From Pseudomonadota bacterium (lineage in GTDB: Bacteria > Pseudomonadota > Gammaproteobacteria > Burkholderiales > Burkholderiaceae_C), in the NCBI GenBank assembly GCA_039800165.1, contig JBDLRH010000030.1, forward strand, positions 1-28,843: DNA of 28,843 bases, in the 5' to 3' direction. The notes under the pieces were generated by a model that made no database searches, was not told where the DNA came from, and saw nothing but the letters and a program-made list of their open reading frames with translations. Shown one piece after another: positions 1 to 6,525 of the stretch (positions are counted from its first letter, which is position 1; each line of letters opens with the position of its first letter). Both the position numbers and the translations under genes were made by a program.

Positions 1-1
1 G

Positions 2-499
2 AGGAAGATCTGCTTAATTCTAGGACTATCTATTTCTCTTTTGTTCTTCGCAAGTCATGCCATTGCACAAAAGAAGAACATTGGACATTGGCGAATTGAT
101 CTTACCTCTGATTATTCAGAGGCATTTACCTCAAATGAGACAGATTCGATGTTCGGAATGTGGTGCACTCAAAAATGTGTATTCTATATAAGCCCCAACA
201 AAATCTCATGTGAAGTTGGATCTAAGTATACGGTTCTGATGAATTCAGACCGGCATGCAGGATCGATCGAAACCAACTGCTTGAAAATTGGCGATCGGTT
301 TGTACGCATTTTTTCAGACTTCAACATTATTCAAGAAAGCGTGAATCAAGGAGGCAACATAGGATTCGCTTTTGCACTTGCAAACGGCGAATTTCATGTA
401 TCTCGGTTTAGTTTGCACGGTATACAGACAGCAATCAAAGAAGCCTTAACGCACGCTTCTAGTAGGAATCGCACGGGTGTGAGAGATTCACGCCTTTGA
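2..499 (+). CDS. Hypothetical secreted protein, 5' end outside the window
   Basis: The frame is open from nt 2, upstream of the track's TTG start at 41. It reads RKICLILGLSISLLFFASHAIA/QKK, a signal-peptide h-region plus an AxA cleavage motif, so the start lies left of the window. Stop is TGA at 497-499. The DNA is very AT-rich. No family recognised. Confidence 0.5.
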   Translation, partial: RKICLILGLSISLLFFASHAIAQKKNIGHWRIDLTSDYSEAFTSNETDSMFGMWCTQKCVFYISPNKISCEVGSKYTVLMNSDRHAGSIETNCLKIGDRFVRIFSDFNIIQESVNQGGNIGFAFALANGEFHVSRFSLHGIQTAIKEALTHASSRNRTGVRDSRL

Positions 500-616
500 T
501 TTTTATGGCATATTTATTTTGTATTGCACCCAGTTGATTCGTATTACTGGGATCCAGGTGGCGCTGCAAAGAACTGCGATTAATATCTGAACGCACTATC
601 TTTGAGAGGAGAAGCA

Positions 617-883
617 ATGCCCAAATCCACCACTTGCCTTCTTTTCAACAGAGTAGTCACCGTCGAAGAGGCACTGGACATACGCGACAGCAAGGACAAG
701 GCTGTGCGCAAGCAGAAGTTGAGCATGATCTGCGTGGACTGCCAAAAGCCAGTGCGCCCGCACAAGGCTGGCAAAACCAGCGGCGCACACTTCGAACACC
801 ACCAGCGCAACCCAGCCTGCCCACTCAGCGACAAGATCAAGAACCGCCAAAAGCGCCCAAGCGTGAAGTCCTCTATCCAGTGA
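617..883 (+). CDS. Small (88 aa) basic zinc-ribbon-like protein
   Basis: Shine-Dalgarno GAGAGGAG (604-611) lies 5 nt before ATG 617. The Cys/His pattern is CVDC...GAHFEHHQRNPAC (C-x2-C ... HF-x-H ... C). An intrinsic terminator follows. Confidence 0.6.
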   Translation: MPKSTTCLLFNRVVTVEEALDIRDSKDKAVRKQKLSMICVDCQKPVRPHKAGKTSGAHFEHHQRNPACPLSDKIKNRQKRPSVKSSIQ

Positions 884-914
884 CTGCAACGAAGCTCGCT
901 CGATCCAATAAAAA

Positions 915-938
915 AGCCAGCGCGAACGCTGGCTTTTT
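915..938. terminator. Bidirectional intrinsic terminator between convergent genes
   Basis: The stem-loop is GCCAGCG-CGAA-CGCTGGC (915-932). It is flanked by A5 (910-914) and T6 (933-938), so it reads as hairpin plus U-tract on either strand. Confidence 0.8.
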
Positions 939-945
939 TGTGTGC

Positions 946-964
946 GTGTCGTGTTAAACGACAC
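946..964. repeat. Copy a of a conserved palindrome (GTGTCGT-GTTAA-ACGACAC)
   Basis: Perfect 7-bp stem that overlaps the stop codon of the AAA+ gene. It has the same arms as the copies at 3754-3772 and 4484-4504. Confidence 0.75.
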
Positions 965-1637
965 CTTCCCCTTGGGGTGCTCGTCGCACCTGCAACACGA
1001 TGCTCACCATGGCATCGAGGATTCCTCTGGCTGAACCATGGCATGCGTCAATCACACTGACAAGGGTGCTGTCATCGATGCCACCAACGCCTGCGTCGCT
1101 GAGGATGCGACGACACAGCGGCAGCCAACGCTTGGCTGGCGCTGCATTGAAGGCAATGCAGTGGCAACGATCCAGCACCCCCTGCTCTACTTTGGCGTAG
1201 TGGTTCGTCGTCAGCACGAACACGCAGTTGGGCATGTTCATGGCTGACTTCAACGAAGCCATGGCGTCTTTGGTGAGGTTGTCCACCTCGTCCAAGACAA
1301 AGTAGTGGTACGAGGCAAAGGGAATCACCATCGCCTGCTGCTGAATGCTGCTGACGACGCCACATCCATTGTTGGGAGGTGCCACACGAACATAGCGTGG
1401 CGCAGCAGCGTCACCTGTTCTCGCCTTCTCCATGGCGTCAGGGATCAGTTTGGCAAGGGCACTCTTGCCAGTGCCAGGCACCCCATACAGCAGGATGCCG
1501 CACTTACCCTCACGCATGGGGAAGGGGCGCTCCCCTGACAGCAAGTCGATGACTAACTGCTTGGCAGCGTCGCTTTCGAACACGATGTCGTCCACGCTCT
1601 TGGGCTTGTATTCATTTTCAAAGTCGATTTTTTTCAT
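954..1637 (-). CDS. RFC/clamp-loader-type AAA+ ATPase, short form without a collar domain
   Basis: Motifs present are EYKPKSVDDIVF (RFC box II-like), Walker A GVPGTGKS, Walker B FVLDEVD, sensor-1 LTTN, DRC in the position of the clamp-loader SRC arginine finger, and sensor-2 GSARG. The protein ends about 25 aa after sensor-2. ATG 1637 has AAAGGA 5 nt upstream; ATG 1643 is an alternative start. Confidence 0.85.
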   Translation of the reverse strand: MKKIDFENEYKPKSVDDIVFESDAAKQLVIDLLSGERPFPMREGKCGILLYGVPGTGKSALAKLIPDAMEKARTGDAAAPRYVRVAPPNNGCGVVSSIQQQAMVIPFASYHYFVLDEVDNLTKDAMASLKSAMNMPNCVFVLTTNHYAKVEQGVLDRCHCIAFNAAPAKRWLPLCRRILSDAGVGGIDDSTLVSVIDACHGSARGILDAMVSIVLQVRRAPQGEGVV

Positions 1638-1659
1638 CTTCATCCTTTCAGGAGCAGTG

Positions 1660-1682
1660 GGGTGAGCCACAGGGGCTCACCC
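1660..1682 (-). other. Intercistronic stem-loop between the 290-aa gene and the AAA+ gene
   Basis: GGGTGAGCC (1660-1668) pairs perfectly with GGCTCACCC (1674-1682) around a 5-nt loop. There is no U-tract, so a processing, stability or attenuation role is only a guess. Confidence 0.45.
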
Positions 1683-1690
1683 AGCACCAC

Positions 1691-2563
1691 TTAGGCTGCC
1701 ACCTTCTCCTGCTCCCCCACAGCCTGCTGCGCTGCTGCATCGATTGCAGCCTGCTTGGCATTGCCGTCGTTGGCGGCTTGCTGCTCTTGCTTCTTCGCTT
1801 CAGCGCCAGCCTTCTCGCTAGCGTAGTGGCTCGCCAAGGCAGCAGTCACTGCTGTACCTGAGTTGGTGAAGGTGTGCACAACGACGCTGCCATCGCTTTG
1901 CCAGGTGCCCAGCAGCACCACAGGCTGATCAATATTCCCTGCATCCAAGGCAGCACTGAGCACAGGGCTGGTGACGACACCCAGTCGCTGCTGCCGCAGC
2001 GACTGCTTGCCCATTTCTGCCTTGCTCTTGGGCGTCATCGCGTTAGGGCTCTTCGCCAATCGAATCTCCTCCACGCCCCCATTGCTGCGAATGAAGTCAG
2101 GGATTTGCTCAACAGCGAGTTTCTGGCTCAAGGCTGTTCGCAGCACGATGCCGTAAGCACTGACGCGACGGCGATCAGCACCAAACACGCACTTGACGAT
2201 TTTCACAATCGTGTGCGAACTGGCGCTGAACGTGTAGCCCTTCGACTCGATGTACTCGTTCAAGCCCTCACGCAGGAGTTTTGCGTTGTTGCCGTCGTCG
2301 CTAAGTTGTTGGTACAGCCCATAGCACTTAGCAAGCAGCGCATAGAGTTGCTCGTTGCTGGTGCGATAGGCGTTGTTGAACCAAGCGTCCTTCTCTGCAA
2401 TCAGTTCTTCGATTAGCACGCCTGCTGTGCGCTTGGTAGCACTCAGCACAGCGCCAGATTCATCACGAACTGTGACGTTGGAGGCGCTGAAGGTGTCGTT
2501 TTCCACGACGCCATTAGCAGCAGCAGATTTGAACGAGGGGGCGAAAGTGGTAGTAGTTTCCAT
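1691..2563 (-). CDS. Hypothetical protein (290 aa) with an Ala/Gln/Lys-rich C-terminal tail, first gene of the AAA+ operon
   Basis: ATG at 2563 (METTTTF...) has GGAGA 5 nt upstream; the track's longer start lacks a Shine-Dalgarno sequence. The stop lies 53 nt upstream of the AAA+ start. No family recognised. The tail reads ...AGAEAKKQEQQAANDGNAKQAAIDAAAQQAVGEQEKVAA. Confidence 0.7.
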   Translation of the reverse strand: METTTTFAPSFKSAAANGVVENDTFSASNVTVRDESGAVLSATKRTAGVLIEELIAEKDAWFNNAYRTSNEQLYALLAKCYGLYQQLSDDGNNAKLLREGLNEYIESKGYTFSASSHTIVKIVKCVFGADRRRVSAYGIVLRTALSQKLAVEQIPDFIRSNGGVEEIRLAKSPNAMTPKSKAEMGKQSLRQQRLGVVTSPVLSAALDAGNIDQPVVLLGTWQSDGSVVVHTFTNSGTAVTAALASHYASEKAGAEAKKQEQQAANDGNAKQAAIDAAAQQAVGEQEKVAA

Positions 2564-2772
2564 GATTTCTCCTATTAAGAATGGAAGTGACGACTCGCTT
2601 ACCAAAGCCCAGTCGCCATCGACTTGACGCTGACTTGCACCATTGCCTGCCATTCGTTTCGTCGATGTGTGTATAGTGCTGGATTAGCCAGTAAGTGTGT
2701 TTTCACGCATACAATGTGCTAATTTCAGGAAACCAGCCCCCAAGTTCCAGCCAGGAACATGTGCTCAAGGGC

Positions 2773-3753
2773 ATGCCCAGGCTGCGCTACAGGCGCCCTG
2801 AGGACTCCTTGGCAGACGCCAGAACCAGCCTGCGCCGCTGGTGGTGGGAGTTCCTTCGCCTCAGCAAGGACTACTGGCTGGTGTGCCAGACATCCAAGGG
2901 CAAGCCCATGGCAGCCACTGAAAGCCAAGAACTGCGCAGGATTTATCGCGCCTTTGGCGACATCTATGCCTGCACCTTTGACGAGTGGTGGCTGGACAGG
3001 GGCTACAGGCTGTTCAGCGAAGTGGAGAAGTTCCCCAAAGTCCAAGAAGTGCCCAGGCGCCCCAATGAGCGTGAGCGGCAGGTGCCAGCGCCAGACAAGA
3101 TTTGGGTGGAAGTGCCCCTGAAACTCAGCAAGCGCACGATTCAGAAGCAACTGGGCAAACTGCTGGAGAAGCACGCCAGCGAAAGGCTGGCGAGGCGCAC
3201 AGAACTCACCAGCGCAGAGTTCAAGATCAACTCAGTGCCCTTTGGCACGCACACGCTGCACAAGGTGCATGACTTGCACGCCCTGCACAGGGAACTGATT
3301 GAAAAGCCCAAGTGGCTGAAGAAGCATCAGCCTGACAAACTTGACGGCGCCGCCAAGGCTGACTTGTTCCGCATTGGCAAACTGCTGCACATCAGCATCA
3401 GCAACGAGTCCTTGCTGGTGGAGCCAAGCGAAGCGCACAAGCGTATCAATCGTATGCGTGTTGCTGTGAGCAGAACGCTCAAGCGCAGCCACCAACTCAT
3501 CGCCAATGTGGAGCGTGGAATCTTCCCCAGTTATGCACCAGTGGGCGACACAGAAGTGCGCTTCACGCCACGCCAACTGGCACGCCACAAAGAACTGGAA
3601 AGCCAGTGGTGGGAACTGAACCTGATTTCAGAGTTGAGTGCTGAAAAACTCAACGCCGTCAAGCGCATCCACTACGAAGAGCCAGAGCGCACACGCCAGA
3701 ACGATCTCATGCTGGACAGGCGCGAGCGAGTCGTGATCATTCGCGATGCATGA
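2773..3753 (+). CDS. Hypothetical basic protein (about 327 aa) with the Trp-rich N-terminal motif RRWWWEFLRLSKDYW
   Basis: Long ORF with island-like codon usage, divergent from the AAA+ operon. The start is uncertain: ATG 2773, GTG 2761 (AGGA 4 nt upstream) or the track's GTG 2695. Stop is TGA 3751-3753, immediately followed by palindrome copy b. Confidence 0.7.
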   Translation: MPRLRYRRPEDSLADARTSLRRWWWEFLRLSKDYWLVCQTSKGKPMAATESQELRRIYRAFGDIYACTFDEWWLDRGYRLFSEVEKFPKVQEVPRRPNERERQVPAPDKIWVEVPLKLSKRTIQKQLGKLLEKHASERLARRTELTSAEFKINSVPFGTHTLHKVHDLHALHRELIEKPKWLKKHQPDKLDGAAKADLFRIGKLLHISISNESLLVEPSEAHKRINRMRVAVSRTLKRSHQLIANVERGIFPSYAPVGDTEVRFTPRQLARHKELESQWWELNLISELSAEKLNAVKRIHYEEPERTRQNDLMLDRRERVVIIRDA

Positions 3754-3772
3754 GTGTCGTGCAACACGACAC
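3754..3772. repeat. Copy b of the conserved palindrome (GTGTCGTG-CAA-CACGACAC)
   Basis: Perfect 8-bp stem between the convergent stops of the 327-aa gene (3753) and the recombinase gene (3786). Confidence 0.8.
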
Positions 3773-3785
3773 CCCATGTCGCCCT

Positions 3786-4352
3786 TCAGATCAGTTCCAC
3801 TGCGTTGCGCTTCATGTCGTCGTTGACATCAATGTATTTCTGCGTGACTGCGATGCTGCGATGCCCTGCAAGGCTTGCAAGCACACGCACCCCAATACCC
3901 TTACTCGCCAGCGTGGTGATGAAGGATCTGCGCCCTGAGTGGCTGCTGGCGCCTTCAATGCCTGCCTTGCGATAGAGCCAGAAGAAGTGCTGCGTCAGCA
4001 CATTAGCTGTGAAGGGCTTGCCCCCTGCAGTCATGAACAGGGGTAAGTTGCGATCGCGAACGCTGCGGCTGTCCACGTAGTGCTGCAACTCATCACGCAG
4101 TTTTTGGGGCAAGAACACAGTTCTGGCATAACTGCCCTTGGTTTGTGATGCGTCCAGGCGCACTTCTGCCTTGACTCTGCCGCTGCCATCAACAACATCT
4201 TCCACGCGAAGTGCTGCGATCTCCCCTACTCGCATGCCTGCCCAAAAACTCATCAGGATGATCAGGCGATTTCGCAGCGCATACCTGCGGCTGCTGACGT
4301 AGCGCAGCACAGCGTCTAACTCTGCTGGGGTGAAGGTTTTGGCTTGTCCCAC
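3786..4352 (-). CDS. Short tyrosine recombinase (188-198 aa), catalytic domain only
   Basis: Catalytic residues are all present: Arg I in WAGMRVGE, Lys in QTKGSYARTV, H-x-x-R in HSGRRSF, His in AGHRSI and Tyr in TQKYI. Only about 35-45 aa precede Arg I, so there is no SAM-like core-binding domain. AAGGAG lies 7 nt upstream of GTG 4352; the track start at 4382 is also GTG. Confidence 0.9.
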   Translation of the reverse strand: MGQAKTFTPAELDAVLRYVSSRRYALRNRLIILMSFWAGMRVGEIAALRVEDVVDGSGRVKAEVRLDASQTKGSYARTVFLPQKLRDELQHYVDSRSVRDRNLPLFMTAGGKPFTANVLTQHFFWLYRKAGIEGASSHSGRRSFITTLASKGIGVRVLASLAGHRSIAVTQKYIDVNDDMKRNAVELI

Positions 4353-4483
4353 TTGCTTGCTCCTTGCGTAATAAAAGCGCACAACAAGTGTGTTTTCTTA
4401 GACGCAGAAGAGCAACCGAAAAGACGGCGCTGAAATCTTCAATGAAATCAACGATGCCAAAGAAAACAGCGATTTTCTTTGGT

Positions 4484-4504
4484 GGTGTCGTGTCTCACGA
4501 CACC
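4484..4504. repeat. Copy c of the conserved palindrome (GGTGTCGTG-TCT-CACGACACC)
   Basis: Perfect 9-bp stem. It lies 10 nt downstream of the stop of ORF 4515-4970 and about 130 nt upstream of the recombinase start. The 16 nt to its right match 12 of 16 positions with the flank of copy b. Confidence 0.8.
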
Positions 4505-4514
4505 CTACAGCGCC

Positions 4515-4970
4515 CTACAAGCGCACAGCGCCCCCTGTCGCTACCCACCCCTGCAGAACCCAGAAAAATGCGTGTAAGACGCTAAAAACTGGGCGTTCGT
4601 ATAAATAACTTATACAAACAAGATCAAGGTTTCTCGCCGATTGAATTGAGATGCTAAGCCCGTTCTGATGTGAGACGGTAAAGTAGGCGCTGCTTGTTGC
4701 GTCGGGGGATTGCACTACCCTGCGGCTAGCAGGATGCATTAAACGACTCCATGACTGGAATAACGTTTGCAATAACTTGGATGGGTAGAAATGAGCCACG
4801 AACGGCTCAATCAAAGTGAGTGGGATGCCACGCTTGCCCAGTGCAAGTACCCCACAAAGCACAGACGATGCTGCTGCATAGGCTGTCTGTGCTTGCGTAA
4901 GGACACGCACGTCAAAGGATGATCGCAAAACCTGCCTTTCCAGTTCAGTCTGGTTGTGCCTATGCAGCAT
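4515..4970 (-). CDS. Possible hypothetical protein (151 aa), weak call
   Basis: The internal ATG at 4970 has GAGGG 5 nt upstream, and the stop is followed by palindrome copy c. Against this, the 3' third runs through AT-rich DNA with a GTATAA-N5-TTATAC inverted repeat (4599-4615) that looks regulatory, and the composition is odd. Confidence 0.3.
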   Translation of the reverse strand: MLHRHNQTELERQVLRSSFDVRVLTQAQTAYAAASSVLCGVLALGKRGIPLTLIEPFVAHFYPSKLLQTLFQSWSRLMHPASRRVVQSPDATSSAYFTVSHQNGLSISIQSARNLDLVCISYLYERPVFSVLHAFFWVLQGWVATGGAVRL

Positions 4971-5177
4971 GGAAACCCTCAGTGAATGTCGCCGCGCCTG
5001 CGAGGCGTGGCACATGGCTTCCTAGTGAATGACATCACTGAGTGATCCACCACACATCTCAGTTCTTGGTTTCTTCAATCAAGAAGAAGAAAAGCGCGAT
5101 GAAGATTTGCTCGAAGGCAAATCGAATCGCAGTTCGCGATGAGCGAACTTGAACAACACCTACAAGGGAGACAACAA

Positions 5178-5540
5178 ATGAGTTTTACAAGACAACTATT
5201 CGATCTGACTGCCATGGCTTTGCCCAACATCACAGCCAGAACCTTCAGCAGGTACTGCGGCAAGAGCGAGGGCTACTACGGCAGCATCAGCGCACAGAAC
5301 CTGGACATCTCCACCAACAGCCTGCTGTACCTGTCAGAAGTGCTTGAGCACAAGCGGGCAACCAGCCCCAATCGCTACATCACAGAACTGCAGGACATGA
5401 TCGCCAAGGAAGTGGCACGACGCATGAATACCTTGGCCACAGAGAACTTGGCGGTTCGCAAGATGATCATTCGCGCAGTGGCACATGCCTACGTGCAGCG
5501 CACAGACGAATACTCTGCGCCACCCATCGTGATCGCTTGA
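5178..5540 (+). CDS. Hypothetical protein (120 aa)
   Basis: AAGGGAGA lies 6-7 nt upstream of ATG 5178 (MSFTRQLFDL...). The coding frame is clean. No family confidently recognised. Confidence 0.65.
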   Translation: MSFTRQLFDLTAMALPNITARTFSRYCGKSEGYYGSISAQNLDISTNSLLYLSEVLEHKRATSPNRYITELQDMIAKEVARRMNTLATENLAVRKMIIRAVAHAYVQRTDEYSAPPIVIA

Positions 5541-5548
5541 GGTGGCAC

Positions 5549-5698
5549 ATGAGGCTCAGAGAAATTGCTCCCATCAAGCCCAAGACGCCAGAGCAACTGC
5601 GCCTTGATGCGCTCAAGCGTCAGAAGGTAGCCTTGCAGCGGCGCATTGACACAGAGCGCGGCACCCAACTGCTACGCAAGGCACAACAGCAGTCTTGA
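5549..5698 (+). CDS. Small ORF (49 aa, Arg/Lys/Gln-rich, helical-looking), absent from the ORF track
   Basis: ATG 5549 lies 8 nt after the stop of the previous gene, with GAGGTGG 4 nt upstream. It reads MRLREIAPIKPKTPEQLRLDALKRQKVALQRRIDTERGTQLLRKAQQQS and stops at TGA 5696-5698. Confidence 0.45.
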   Translation: MRLREIAPIKPKTPEQLRLDALKRQKVALQRRIDTERGTQLLRKAQQQS

Positions 5699-5869
5699 GC
5701 CCTCGTCGTCGCAGCACCAAAGAATTCGCCAGGATCGCGCATCGACTGCTTGTTGCGCTAGCCAACGCCCCTAAGAGTCCATTCAATTCGAACGGCTTCA
5801 GGTTGCTCTTCCACGCTGGGTGACTACAGACTTACCTGTGCTCACTCAACACATGGAAAGGACGAGCAC

Positions 5870-6310
5870 ATGGCTACCCTGGCAAATCTCAAACTCAGCG
5901 CAGCAGTCAAGCCCACGCACATCCCCGCTGTGCAGGTACGTCGCGACAAACTGGCAAAGCGACTGTGGGAACAAGCAGAACTAGCGCGAGCGCAGCAAGC
6001 AGGCACGCAGTTCGCACCCACGCGATTTCGAACCGTCGTGGAACACGCCACTGGTGTGCGCCGTCAAGTCGAGCAGCCCAAGCGAATCAAGCCCTGGTGG
6101 TTCACCACTGACGCAGGCAAGTTGGCGCTGCATGTGCGCTATGGCAGCAAAGTGCTGGAACTAGCCAAGGGCAAGTTCGCAGTGGAAGTTGCCAGCGACA
6201 AGGACTTGGTGCCCACGCTGGATGCCATCAAGGCTGCTGTGTTGGCTGGTGAGTTAGATGCTGCCATCGACACAGCGTCCACAAAACTTCGCGCTGCGTT
6301 TAACAAGTGA
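5870..6310 (+). CDS. Hypothetical protein (146 aa)
   Basis: GGAAAGGA lies upstream of ATG 5870. The frame is clean and contains ...KRIKPWWFTTDAGKLALHVRYGSKVLELAKGKFAVEV.... It is the last gene before the tRNA fragment. Confidence 0.7.
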   Translation: MATLANLKLSAAVKPTHIPAVQVRRDKLAKRLWEQAELARAQQAGTQFAPTRFRTVVEHATGVRRQVEQPKRIKPWWFTTDAGKLALHVRYGSKVLELAKGKFAVEVASDKDLVPTLDAIKAAVLAGELDAAIDTASTKLRAAFNK

Positions 6311-6465
6311 TGTCATCGCGCAGCATGCGGCTCATGCACGCTCACTCACGCTGCATAGCACGGTTTTTCGCTGGGCTGCAGCGTTGGTGTGCGTTCGATA
6401 CGCATCAGCAATTTTTGGCGACGCAAGTCGTTGAAATCGAAGAAGAAGTCTCGAAAGCGTCGGCG

Positions 6466-6510
6466 ATCATAATCCACAGGTCCGCGGTTCGAATCCGTGA
6501 AGCGCCACCA
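6466..6510 (+). tRNA. Orphan 3' fragment of a tRNA gene (att-site remnant), not a functional tRNA
   Basis: Readable elements are an anticodon-loop-like ATCATAA, stem strand TCCAC, variable loop AGGTC, T-arm CGCGG-TTCGAAT-CCGTG, acceptor 3' strand AAGCGCC, discriminator A and an encoded CCA. The complementary 5' acceptor strand GGCGCTT, the D-arm and the anticodon-stem 5' strand are all absent upstream. Confidence 0.75.
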
Positions 6511-6525
6511 AAAAATCCCTTTGCC

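Larger units (their letters stand above)
1..6510. mobile_element. Right-hand portion of a tRNA-associated genomic island (left end outside the window)
   Basis: GC is lower than the flanking core in spot counts. It contains a tyrosine recombinase gene and a run of unrecognisable genes. It ends exactly at an orphan tRNA 3' fragment (6466-6510) in the orientation expected for a displaced att duplicate. Confidence 0.6.

Noticed and set aside
41-499. The TTG start at nt 41 given by the ORF track for the first gene
   Set aside because: The frame stays open back to nt 2, and the upstream codons complete a signal-peptide h-region. The gene is more likely truncated by the window edge.
580-1044. Minus-strand ORFs 580-1044 and 596-964, and plus-strand ORF 634-957, overlapping the zinc-ribbon gene
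   Set aside because: They run through the bidirectional terminator and palindrome, have no Shine-Dalgarno sequence, and show odd composition. The 617-883 frame has a strong Shine-Dalgarno sequence and a Cys/His motif.
4364-4585. Plus-strand ORF of 73 aa across the recombinase upstream region
   Set aside because: It reads through palindrome copy c and the short repeats, has no ribosome-binding site, and is Arg/Lys/Thr-rich. It is more likely non-coding control DNA.
6435-6510. A complete, functional tRNA gene ending at CCA 6508-6510
   Set aside because: The 5' acceptor strand complementary to AAGCGCC is absent. There is no D-arm, and the would-be anticodon stem strands (CGGCG/TCCAC) do not pair. 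Only the 3' half is tRNA-like.
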